Shown piece after piece: positions 31,218 through 42,727 of a stretch of DNA of 55,257 bases. The DNA is taken from NCBI GenBank assembly GCA_009602725.1, contig WELB01000016.1:578730-633986 (forward strand). Direction: 5' to 3'. A program made the translations under genes and the position numbers. A model generated the notes under the pieces. The model saw only the letters and a list, made by a program, of their open reading frames with translations, made no database searches and was not told the origin of the DNA. This stretch comes from Spirogloea muscicola (lineage: Eukaryota). Each line of letters starts with the position of its first letter. Positions within the stretch are counted from its first letter, which is position 1.

Positions 31218-31473
31218 TCAAGCCGCGGCGGCCGCGGGGNNNNNNNNNNNNNNNNNNNNNNNNNNNNNNNNNNNNNNNNNNNNNNNNNNNNNNNNNNNNN
31301 NNNNNNNNNNNNNNNNNNNNNNNNNNNNNNNNNNNNNNNNNNNNNNNNNNNNNNNNNNNNNNNNNNNNNNNNNNNNNNNNNNNNNNNNNNNNNNNNNNNN
31401 NNNNNNNNNNNNNNNNNNNNNNNNNNNNNNNNNNNNNNNNNNNNNNNNNNNNNNNNNNNNNNNNNNNNNNNCG

Positions 31474-31663
31474 ACGTGGCGCCGCCCGCGGCCGGGCCAG
31501 CGCTGACGCGGCGGCGCGCCGCGGGCGGGCGGGATAACCCCGGATGTCCCACGGCGGTAACCGGAGCCCCAGGAACCTCTGTTCAGCCGGGGCCTCCCCC
31601 GGGGGGGGCTAACCACGGTGACCCGGGCGGGGGAAGCCCGCCACCAGCCGACTGCCACGTGGC
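31474..31663. promoter_or_regulatory. Candidate ABRE/G-box elements upstream of the beta-amylase
   Basis: ACGTGGC at 31474-31480 and palindromic GCCACGTGGC at 31654-31663. The distance to the ATG is uncertain because of gap N31240-31471. Confidence 0.35.
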
Positions 31664-32609
31664 GTACGGAGAGGCGGGCCCAGGCGGCTCGCCGGCGACG
31701 GCTGCCCCGGGAGCGCGCCGCCCACTTCCGCGGCGCAGCGGCGCGCCCGCCGCGGCCCCCGGGGCGCGCGTGCCCCGCTGCTGCTCTTTGAAGCCCCCCT
31801 TCGAGTTTATAATCCCATGTGGTCCTTGCCTGCTGATTTGCCATAGCATTCCTCTGGCTCGCTTCAGACTATACTTCATTCTTGTTTCCTGGGCTGGCCG
31901 ATCGCAGTCATCGCCCTCTATTTGGAAGAGTTCTTTTCTCTCTCCCTTTCAGCGCTTTTCGGCACCTTCGGACCTTGTCAGTGCTTTTCGGGCTGTCTTT
32001 TCACAGCCCTTGCCCCCATTGGGAGTGCCACTTCTCAATGATGCAGATGGATGCTCAGTTTTCACAGCCGCCCCCCCACTTGCGGCGTCCGGCAGACCCG
32101 CTAGAGGTTATTGAGCGCCTCTTGCTGACGTGTCGGAGGATCGCATCCTGCTGTTTTCTTTGGACCTTGCTTGTCCTTTATCTGGGCTGGCCATTTACAG
32201 CCCGCCCCCTTCGGGAAGATGCTCACATTTGGACGAGCTCAGCCCCACGGCGCCTCTGTCGCTCCCGCCTTCTGGGAAGCGCTGCCGCTGATTTTGGAGC
32301 GAGCCTGTCCATTCCTCCCCCGTGTCGGCCAGGCGTGGCCTCAGCTACTCAGACCTGATGTTGCTCACTCGTGGGTACTGTACTGAGCTTCCCTCTTCTC
32401 TATGGGGCGCAGTTCTCTCGGCCTGACATGCGGGATGCATGTGGCGACTCTCCACTGCACGTTGCCCGTTAGTTCTGGGCTGGCCTTCGTCCACAGCCAT
32501 CGTCCCGTTTGAGCAAGCGCCAGTTTGAAAGAGCGTCTTCGTTCCCTTAGTGACGCCCCTTTCTTAATGGCCTCACGCGCTCCGCGCGCCTTCCTCTCTT
32601 TTTCTTTTG

Positions 32610-32729
32610 TGATACGATCATACCAGGGCCACTACACCGGATCCCATCAGAATTCCGAAGTTAAGCTCCCTTGGGCGAGAATAGTACTGGGGATGGGTGA
32701 CCTCCCGGGAAGTCCTCGTGTCATATCCA
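32610..32729 (+). rRNA. 5S rRNA sequence, full length but solitary and slightly degenerate (retrocopy or SINE head)
   Basis: tGATACGATCATACCAGGGC..CCGGATCCCATCAGAATTCCGAAGTTAAGC..GGGCGAGAATAGTACTGGGGATGGGTGACCTCCCGGGAAGTCCTCGTGTCATATCCA, 120 nt. Box A (32659-32666) and the box C region (32691-32702) are retained. Helix I/II have mismatches, there is an extra G, and no oligo-T terminator follows. Confidence 0.9.
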
Positions 32730-32736
32730 CCCCTTC

Positions 32737-33090
32737 CTCTCGCTTTGTTTGCTGCGCTCGCAAGCATTGGCTCTTCATCAACGTGCAGGGCGCGCTCTAA
32801 GTCAGGCCTCCGGCTTTCGTGGCGGCGCTCCAGCTCCCCAAGTTAGCTTGTCCGATTTGTTTGTGCTCTCCCGTGGGTACTAATGTCACCTTAGGCACCT
32901 TAGTTTAGGTCTCTGCATTATGTAGCCTTGTATAGTATGCACTCGCCTCTGCTTGAACTGTGTATTGGCTTGAATTGGCCTCTTTTTTCATTTCATGCGC
33001 CCCGCGCGCCTTTCTCTCTTTTGGACTCTGTACATTCCTTTGGGCTGGTCTTTCACAGCCACTGCCTTACATTGAAATAGCTGTTCTCTT
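32737..33090 (+). mobile_element. 5'-truncated CRE copy fused directly downstream of the 5S sequence
   Basis: 32737-32883 = LSLCLLRSQALALHQRAGRALSQASGFRGGAPAPQVSLSDLFVLSRGY*, homologous to the C-terminus of the large element. Stem-loop gggctggtctttcacagcc at ~33041-33060. The 3' limit is approximate. Confidence 0.8.
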
Positions 33091-34661
33091 CGGACTAGCT
33101 TCTGCCTAAACGGTGTATTGGCTTGATCTGGCCTTCCTTGCGTTCATGCGCATCCCATGCCTTCACCCCTTCTCAGCTGGAAAGGTTCCTTTCTCGAGTG
33201 GCCGGCCAGGCCACCTCTTTCTTTCTGGGACTCCTTGTGTTGAGGCACTCTCAGCCGCTGCCTTGTCACTGAACCTTATCGAAAAAAAGCGCGGCCAAAT
33301 TGATTGGTGGCTGTGAGACGCCAGCCCAAATGATTGGACAAGGTCTGAAGGAGCCGGATGGCGCAAAAAGGGAGGTACTAAGCGCTAAACCTTATTGATT
33401 TGCGGTGGCCTTGACATTGAAGGCAGGGGAATTGAGGCTGTGCTTGTTTGGTGAACCCTGAGTTACCAGCAGAACCGCTCCTGTCACCATGCAAAGAGGG
33501 GCATGGCGTGTACCACTGCTTGGAGCTTGAGGCAGCGACCACACATGGTCTGCACAGAGCCCTTAGCTTGTGATGAGTAAGGATCAGGCACTTTTGCTTG
33601 GAGGCACTTTTGCTTGGTATGCACTCTCTCAGCCTTGTCATTGTCATCAATCTTCTGCCATCTGACCCTAGCAGCTGGCTTCTGCCCTGCAGCCACAAGC
33701 AAGGCCACAAACACTGTAGTTGATCGACATAGTATTGCGATGCGTATTCATGATCGATCCAACGTCTTTGATGTTGGCATGAGCCTCACGTATGCACCTC
33801 AGTCAGTACCTCCGTGCATTGCAAGGCTCTTCTCGTGCTTGGCAGCACAAGTAGATGAGGGTGCATATATGGTGTTGTTAATATCCGTAGGAAGCAAACA
33901 ATGTGATGCTTGTGTGTTTGCTGTTTGTTCTCGGAATAGTTTTACGATTCTTGAGCTAGGAGCCGTTACGCTTGCAATTTATGTCAAAGAAGATGTTAGT
34001 ACATGGAGGAGGACATTATAGCGACCCTCTGCAGATTGTTACAACCTATTAATGGAAACTTTTATGGTCAATGACCATGAATACTGGGACTGGCTGGACA
34101 TGGGTACCTTCGGGACACAAAACTTGTTGCCCTGGTCCTCTTGCACGCCACTCCACTCACACCAATCGATCACAACAACCAACAGGTCATGATTGAGCCA
34201 CCGAAGGACTTTCTGTGCAATAATCATAGTGCACTTCGTTTCCTTGAACAAGCTATCTCTGTGCTGTGGCCCTGGCGGTCCTCGGGTAGCGTTAGATCTG
34301 AAGTAGGAGGAAGGTTGGAGGAGCAGGCCCGAGGGCATCGCAGGTTGCTCGAACAACGCAGCGCAGATGTATAAGGAGTGTTGGCCAGCAGCTCCCAGCT
34401 CACTGTGCCTGCACGGCAGGCTCGCCCCCGAGTCTGCACTCTGTGGGCCGGCCGTAGGAGCTCAATCGCGGAGCTCCCGTGCCCGTGCTTAAGGTGATCA
34501 CACCAGTGTCTACAAAGCCTGCACAAGCGGTAAAGACGAGAACCCTGAGCCTGGCAACCAACACCTCCATGAGCGGCAGCCTTCAGTTATGATAGCACTG
34601 GAGTCCCCCTTCCTTGGAGCAAAGTGTCGCTTGGCAATGCCAGCATGGTATGCTTTGTTGC

Positions 34662-34751
34662 CGCGCTATGGCTGCTGCTTCTGGGTCTCGTCAGGGTGCC
34701 TCTTTTCCAGCTGCAAGTTACTCCGACTTGCTGCTACTAACTCGGGGTTTC
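34662..34751 (+). mobile_element. CRE ORF C-terminal fragment
   Basis: RAMAAASGSRQGASFPAASYSDLLLLTRGF matches the family C-terminus. Confidence 0.7.
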
Positions 34752-35629
34752 TTTCTCTCAAAGGTGTTGCGCGACTTCTCACGAGCAAGCAGGCATGTCT
34801 CCGCTTAGTGCTCTGCCCTGGTCACTTTCTCACCTTGTTGGAGTAGGTCATGCTGCTCACGGTCTTCAGCGGGGACAAATATATACAGCTAGGGTTCCTA
34901 ATCAAGTTGAGCTGTCCTTTTGGTCTACGTTCATGCACCTGTAGAATCGCAGAGAAAGCTTACCTTTCCCCAAAAGACATCCTCGAGACCTCCACGTTCA
35001 CAGGATTGCTGGTTCCACTTGTGCACATGCTTGATGTTGGTGGCCTCCTGTGGATAAGTGTATACATGCGAAAGCTGCTATACCTTTTGTTGTCAAGTAT
35101 ATTGATGAAGTCCTATTGTGCTCTTGCAAACCCAGAAACCAATACTCTCAGAATCCAACAACACAGCGTAGACTACGAAGCCCACCCTTGCTCCTTGATC
35201 ACAACGAGCTGACACAGGCAGGTATTTAGTCAGGGAATTTCGTTATTCTGGCTCTCTGGTAATCAAACCATGGAAATTTGACAGTTGTTCCAACATGATT
35301 GACAAGGAGGTAAAAAAATACTTGTTAGCGGCGTTGTCACAGCTGGACCGAAGAGCGCTGAGGAGGTTGCATGCAAGGGAGAGCAAGTTCTGTAGGAGTT
35401 GGGACCAAAAGTGAGGCTTATGGCTGAGTTGCCTGAATTGGAGGTTCTGATTAAGTTCTCTGACAGGTGAGAACATTGACAACAGCTGCCCCTGAATGAA
35501 TCACTAACAGGTCAAGTTACATGACTGAGTAGCTTCTCTGGACATACATAGTGCACAGACTAAGATTGTAGACACATTTTGTCTAGGTGGACAAACAGAC
35601 TGTGTGACTCAGTGCTCAACTCTCAGTGC

Positions 35630-35800
35630 AGAATTACCTCAGTTGGTACCAGTCAGAGCAAGAGCATCTGATTCAGTGGAGGAGTTTAAAGCACGGGTGC
35701 TTACATCTGCGCACATTGTTCCTGGACCTACTACGAACGTTACCCTTGTCTTCAACGGAGTCGAGGTTGATCTGTACAGTCCTCTGCATGAAGCCTCTGG
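35630..35800 (+). pseudogene. Possible ubiquitin-like domain remnant or exon
   Basis: VPVRARASDSVEEFKARV..VTLVFNGVEVD resembles ubiquitin LEVEPSDTIENVKAKI..RLIFAGKQLE. No complete gene is evident. Confidence 0.3.
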
Positions 35801-37500
35801 GCATATAGAGCTCCGTGACCTCCGGTTGCTATGCATCGTTGGCTTTGGAATCTGGGCTTGACTGCCAGCTGACACGGACCTCCAGCTGCTTATGCTTGTG
35901 CTCCTGGGGTTAGCTTCCGAATGATTCAAGTCTGGAGCACTGTGGAATTCGCTCTTCAAGCGGTGAAGAAGAGTAAGGCCGCCGACCTGATGTCTTGGTG
36001 CTACCACTGTCATCAAGTAGTCTGAAAGTTGCATGCAACTTGTTACTTAGCAAAGGTGTGCTCTCTTTCAGGTGGGCAAATCACATGATTTACCCAAATG
36101 GTTGGTCAAGTCTTTCGTATCAGAAGGCGACCCTCAAGGTATTCCTTATCTCATTGGGACATGATAAGCATGTTGTCGCAGTTGCCATCTCTTTGCCATG
36201 ACTGTACTAAGAAGCAGAGCCATGGGTCTGCATGTGGCATCTGCAGTACATCAATGAATGTCAACCTCTCAGACAATTTTTAGTGAAACAGGCCAGCAGT
36301 ACAGGTTGGGCAAGAACGAGGAGGGCCAGTTATTCAGTGACTTTCAGCATACAGGAAGCCTTTAGAAGCCCATGGGTTGTTTTCGCTCTCCTCCTCCTCT
36401 TGGCCAGCTTCATTCTCTGATCAGCGCATTTGAGACTATCTCAATACTTGATTAGTGCTAGAGTACCTATTGCTGTTTCTGCTGATTTCTGCTACTTTGA
36501 TAATTCCCTCTGGCTTTTGCTGACTTGACAAGTAGAAAAGGAAGACTTGGACGAACTTTTAGTAGTTTTCAAATAAGAAGCCATATGTCAGCCGATGCCA
36601 TGGTTGCTGGGGATCCATAGATGTTGCTCCCTCTCTGGAACTTAATTGAAGCGTTTGTCTGTTGGGTTGAAGAAGGCGTGAAGTGGGCATGACATGAAAG
36701 TGGGGCCAAACAGAGCCAGTACACTGTTCAGGCACGAAGTAGTGCTATAAAGAACGGGCCACACATAGCAAAGCCCAGGCAAAGAGGGGCTAAAGTAACA
36801 GGGCGAAACACAGCTGAAGGGGGACCTCAGCACCTAGAAGTGAGGAGGTCGAAAGAGCTACTCTGAAGCTTGAAGTAAGCGGCCCGTGCAAGGTTGGAGC
36901 AGCGGCTCAAGGATGTGATCCATGCTTCTTGGACCACCAATCACTGACATAGCATTCCTTGAGTAGAACATGCAATTGAGGTACTCAAGCGTCGTCGCCG
37001 AAAGCAAAATGAGCAGGCAAGCAGGCATGGCCAATAAGTCACCGTGATCATGTGATAAGCAGTGTGCATGATTTGTAGAGGTACGACATAAACAGTCGCT
37101 CTTTCTTTGTGCAAGCACGGTGATTTTAGGGAGTTATGCCGTGATGCCTGCCAACTCGCCTCAGTAGGAGCCTGCAACCTGGTACTAATGTGGCTAGAAG
37201 CATTAGATAAGTTAGAAGGCGCAAAATGGACACAGCTATGCAAGAGACTAGCGCGAATGGAAGAAGCTCATCTCTCTAGCTGCGAGCACCCATCACGAGC
37301 CAAGTCCTTGCGCCTCTGCCACCGCACGACCCGCCATTGTAGCGGAGCTGGACGGCGTTGGGCGTCACCGTCGCAGAGCTCACACGACTCGACTGGCTCG
37401 TGCAGCATAGCGTGCACTCAGTCACACCAGGCACCCACGAAAACCCACATTCTGCTCCGAGCAGCAGCCTGCAGAGGGCCTGAGTGCGGCAACGGCATGC

Positions 37501-40500
37501 ATGGCGAGCTCGGCTTGCACCATGGCGCTGCAGTGCCCGCCACTTCCACTGCCCATGGCCGCCGGGCTTGCGGGCAGGCGGCCGCCCAGAGCTGTGGTTA
37601 TCGCGGGCCAGCCTCAAGCAACAAGGGACGCTGGCGAGGGCACTGAAGGGCCGGCGTGCAGCAGCCATGGCAGCTCGATGAAGGCTGCGCCTCGCCTTGG
37701 CGACGCGCCGGCGCCTAGCTCTCAGCCGGCGCTGATACACCAGCAGCCTCGGCGGCCAGACCATCATGGCGTCCATGAAGGGCCTGCCCTGGAGAGTACC
37801 CCCAGAGCTATGAGCATCTTGGACGCGCTCGGAAGCATTTGCATGCCCATTGCAGCTGCCGCATGCGTCTATGCAGCGACCGTGGGCCCCGCTGCCAGGT
37901 AAAGAAATGGGACTCATACTCGAAGTGTCAATGGCCTGCTGTGAAGCCGTGTCATGCTAGCAATGGCAGCATGACTGCCTGCCTGCTTCAGGCAGCTGAG
38001 CAGGCGGAGCTACTTGTGATTCCTTGCCCCTGAACCCCTAAAGCCCAGAATCATATCCTGAGAAGCAGGATAGAAACGCAGGCAGAAGTTCAGCCAGGCT
38101 AAACATATTGGGATTTGAGAACGTGATTGAAAAATAGCCGTGGCAGCTACTACTGGCACTTCTAGTCAAGCTTCTGATGATGTCGCATACACAGCAGTGC
38201 GCCCAGCGTGCTCAGCAACCAGGGCCCCCAGATTGACACCCAGCTTCTGCCGCCCATCCCCACCAAGTTCCCTCCATTACCAGATGTCAAGCTCCCGCCA
38301 TATCAGAAGGTGAGGCACATCTTCTCATGTTGAGTACGATCATAGGTCCCAATTTTCGATATCCAGGAACCAAGTAGCATCTGAAGTAGGCCCTTTTCCT
38401 GCATGCTTGAGGTGTTTCTAGTGCTTATTCAGATCAAGTCCTATTGCATTGCAGTTGGTGCTTTCCAACGGGCTCAGGGTTCTCCTCCTGGAAGACCACG
38501 AGCTTGGCCTTGTGAGTAGCAAGCTGCCAAGCCTACAGTGTGCAATGTTCTCTGTCTCTCTGGACTTGTCTTGTCAGATATGCGGAACACTGTGAAGGAC
38601 TGCATCTGGCTGCTGGAACACAGCACTTGCTGTCAAACACCTGGCAATTGAAAACAGAGTCACTCCATCTTGGCAGGTTGGAGGCCAGCTTCTGGTGAAG
38701 GGCGGGAGCAAGTCTGAGCCGGCTGCCCAGGTCGAGAGCCGCTGCCGCTAAGTCACTCATACTGGCATGCAGACTGTTTCCTGATAGTACATTATCTTCG
38801 CACAAGAACGGATATACTGTTTTCATGACAATTGTGCAAGCAAATTCCAGCATCATGCAGGTGGGTCTAGCTGCTATCACAAGCAGCGTGCAGCGGAGTG
38901 GGGGGACTCGGCAGCACTCAGCTGACTACCTCGACCTCCGCCTTGAGGTCCATACTTCAGCCCAACTCTGGAGATTTACCTCCTTGACGTGCTCAATATC
39001 AACTGCAACTTCTTCCAGCCATGTCTTGACAAGAGGCAGATGGGAGGTGGCAAAGCTCGAGCTTTGTTAAAGCCTGTCCGCTTGCGTGGCAGAGCAGACG
39101 CTGGCGGCTCGTATAGAAGCGTCGGCAGGCGTGGCAGAGGCGAGCGTCGGATTCCGGTGTCTGACAGAGGACCTTGGCGAGGTCATGGGCTTGTTCTCTG
39201 AAGGTATCAATCTGGGCCTTGCTGTTCACTGGACACCTGCTGACCTATAGAGCTGGATGTCATATGTCAGTCACCCTGCTGTACGCGATTCCATCTGGTC
39301 CTGGGAGCCATGCTCCGTGCATTTACCTTGCGCTTGACCAGCGATTTCATGGTCTGACCTCATTATACTGTTGTTAGCCTACCCTTGTCATCGTCCTCAG
39401 GATGGATGTATTTGTGGGTTGTTGTGGCAGTGGTGCAGCAGCCGCTTTTCCCTGTGGAGAAGCTCGAACTGGTGCGAAGCCAGGTGCTGGGGGGAATTGC
39501 CCGCAGGAATGACGAAGTAAGCTAATGAGCACGTAAGCTGATAAGCCTTTCACAGATAGCCTGAGAGCTAAGTATGTTTCATAGTGCTGAGAAGTTGCAC
39601 ACTTTGCCACAGCTGTTCCGCGACAGATATGTTTTGCTCTCTGTGGGAGACTGAAGCAGATGTGATTCTATTTGCTGCATTTGTGGAGGCTCAGATGCTC
39701 TTGCACTGAAGTCACGGGGGGTGGTCCTGTGATATCTGCATCATTGATAGTCATGCGGCATCGCAAAACTTGTCATCTCGGCATTGCCATCCTTAACAGT
39801 AGCTTCACAGCCTAGATGCTCTTGGCTGTGAAACAGTAACAGTAACACTTGGGATGACTTGTTCATAGCCAGGGACAATTGCCAGGAGGGAGATGCCAAA
39901 GCTGCTGTACGGGTCAGAGAGCCCTTATGCTCGACGGCCAGAGATCAGTACCGTGTCGGCCATCAAGATCTCGGACTTGGCATGTCTCCACAAAAGTGAA
40001 TTCAGGTCTGAATTAGAAAGTTTGCATAAGTTACTCATAAGCTGCAAATTGTGCAACAGTTTGCAGAGCTAAATGAGTGGCCGCTTATCACTTAAGGGCT
40101 AGGTGACGAAATAAAGGTTGACAATTGTATCCAAACATCCTGAGCTTTGGTAGCGCGCTCGCTCACTTCCAGATCACAAAGTGTCACCGGGCTTCTGATT
40201 GCAAGGTGTTGCTCTTTGCAGGCCTGACCAAGCTGTATTGGGCATCTGGGGTGACTTCAGCTCGGCGACTGTCATAAAGCTGGTAGAGGACAAATTTGGG
40301 GACTGGCTCAGCGCGCCTTCATGCTCCAGTATAAAGCCAGTGCTGACACCAATGGAGAAGGGCTTTAGCGCACGGCCACCCGGGGTGTACTTAATTGACC
40401 GGCCAGGCCTGACTCAAGGGTCTGTGAAATTCATTCTCCAATCGATGAGGGACACCAACCTCAATGTAACCTCGGTGCAATGTTTTCGGTTAGTGCAGGC

Positions 40501-42333
40501 TCACATGCATCTGTTTGACTATAGTCACACAGTCATTTACTTTCGACTTTGGAGTTCAGGTACGTCAGGATGGGAGAGCTCGGTACTACACTTGATGACC
40601 CCGACCTATTCAGGCTTGATGTACTTAATTCGGCCCTCAACGGCTTTGGTGGCCTCCTTTTTGACCAGGTCTTTAGCAAGAAGCTCACTGTCCTGGTTGC
40701 TTTGCAATAGTAGCTTCGTCTTCCCACTTGTCATCGTTCTGAGTGGATGAGCTTTTCATGCCATGTCAGGACCTTTTTTGTCCAATTTTGTCCACAAATT
40801 TGTTTCAGAGCAAGTGCCATTGTGTTGTATTGATTGAGCATCTATTGGGTAACACCAACAACACGGGTGATTTGTGATACTTGCATTGCAGTATCATCAA
40901 TGTATCTGAGCATAAAATCATCACGTCAAAACGTTTCATTATTAGACTTAAGCCCTTCCAAATCTTCTTATGTCCGATGGTCAGCCTGGCTGGCGACCTC
41001 AAGTGCATGGGCTGACATATAAGAGGTTTGTGAGCAGGTGCGTTCTAGGGAGGGTCTGGCTTACTCCGTATTTGGTGGATGGTCTCCCGCTTTGGAGCAT
41101 CGGGTGTGATTAGCACACCACACTTTGACTAACTATATCTTCAGCGTCAAGCTGACTACATCATTCTGTAGAAGCTCAATCTACAATCTGGACGTTCACT
41201 CAAAACATGGCCGTCTTTTGCCATTCTTGCTGCAATTTGAGCACAGCCAGACCCACATGACTGTTACCTGTGGTCGTCCAAGCTGTAGCCTGTGTGTTGA
41301 TATTCTTGTCTGTTGTGTGCTTGCTGTGGAAGGGCAGGGCGTGTTTGTAGCCGGCGCTGAGACGCAGGTCAAGGAGGTAGCTAATTGTGTGAAATCCATG
41401 CGCAAGGTGCTACAGGGCGTCACCACCGAGCTGATCAAGCCAGGTAAGCGTGCCTCAAGCGACACACTCCATTTCGATCTCTTGTGGACATTCTGAGAGC
41501 TGCTTCTTGATTCACAATGCATTGGAGTAAGCTCTTCCTCAAAGCTTCACTCCACAGAAGAGCTGTCCTTGGCCAAGCAGTCTGCTCTTAACTCCTTCGT
41601 CTTCAACTTCGCTGACACGTGAGTCCCAGATCATCACAACTGAATGATGCACATACCGCGATAGTCTTGTCTCCCTTGACCTCCTCGGCTACGTCCTGCT
41701 AAAATCCTGGAATACCAGCACAAGTTGTGCTTCTGTGAAGCTAGTCGCAGTAACGACTGTGCAGTCTTTAGTATGTTGACTCCAGACGCCATAAGTTTGG
41801 GTTCAGATGCTCAAGGATCACTCTGCCTCGGCGTCTGGATTATCCAGCAAGCGACCTTCACCACAGCTCAGAGAAGTTCTGCTCAATGGATTTACTTGTC
41901 CAGAAGCGTAATTGTTACATCTCTAAACAGCACCAGTCATCGCCCTCACTCGTCCGTATGCAGGGGCTCGCAATTGGGGCGCATAATGACATACGAGCTC
42001 TTTGAGGTGGACCAGGATTTCTTGTTCAAGTAAGCAACGTGCTCGTTCATATGCTGCAGACGGTTTGCATACTTCTAGATACAATTGGTCAAGTCCGCGA
42101 TCAAGCATGAGCAAGTAAGCTGCTCTATCATTATCATAAATCATTTCCATGTTGACTGCAGATACAGGAGGGAGGTGGAGAAGGTGACCAGCAGAGACAT
42201 CCTGCAGGCTGCCAGGCGGCACCTCCACCCTGCTGAAGAGCCGATCCTGGTCGTCAGTGATGCTGCGCAGGTGGAGGAGAGCCTGGCCTCACTGGGGCTC
42301 TCAGTCATTCCACTCGACATATCGATACGGTAG
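37501..42333 (+). CDS. M16B peptidase non-catalytic partner subunit (no HXXEH; R/Y motif), cyanobacterial type, multi-exon
   Basis: Targeting-like N-terminus, DVKLPPYQK/LVLSNGLRVLLLEDHELGL, VGLAAITSSVQRSGGTRQHSADYLDLRLE, KLLYGSESPYARRP, RPDQAVLGIWGDF, VYLIDRPGLTQG, LDVLNSALNGFGGLLFDQ/VRSREGLAYSVFGGWSP, NSFVFNFAD and YRREVEKVTSRDILQAARRHLHP..DISIR*. Confidence 0.85.
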
Positions 42334-42727
42334 TTTCCGCTTGACAAGCAGAAGACAATGCACCTGTGCAGCAAGCAGTAACTCCTGAGTTTGCATGTAA
42401 TTATGGTCAGAGGCCTTTTGCAGGCGTGACACTAAGCATCAGCCATTTGACCACATGTAAACAGCCCTCAATATGCTCCTCATGAGACTCATATCTTAGT
42501 ATGCCAACCACAGTCATTGCCCTTTACAAATGTCAGCCAACTCTTGACCAGCTCATCCAATGAGCAGGCAGCTAGCAAAGGTGGCAAATAGCTTGTCTGC
42601 TAGCCTACCATGTAGCTCCTAAGTAATGCGAGGTGCTGAGCAGATGTAGTTTCTCGGATGAACGGAAGCGCATGCTAAGTTAAGCCACAAAAATCAATAG
42701 CTCCTCAAGGAATTGTGTTGAAAATAG

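Larger units (their letters stand above)
31861..33360. repeat. Cluster 2 of CRE 3'-end fragments and tails
   Basis: Stem-loop units at 31891, 31990, 32184, 32477, 33041 and 33309 (-). ORF C-terminal remnants LSYSDLMLLTRGY (32340-32378) and 32737-32883. 31961-32034 matches 16306-16380. Confidence 0.8.

Noticed and set aside
32610..32729. Functional 5S rDNA array unit
   Set aside because: Single copy, mismatches in helices I and II, no terminator, and embedded in retroelement tails.
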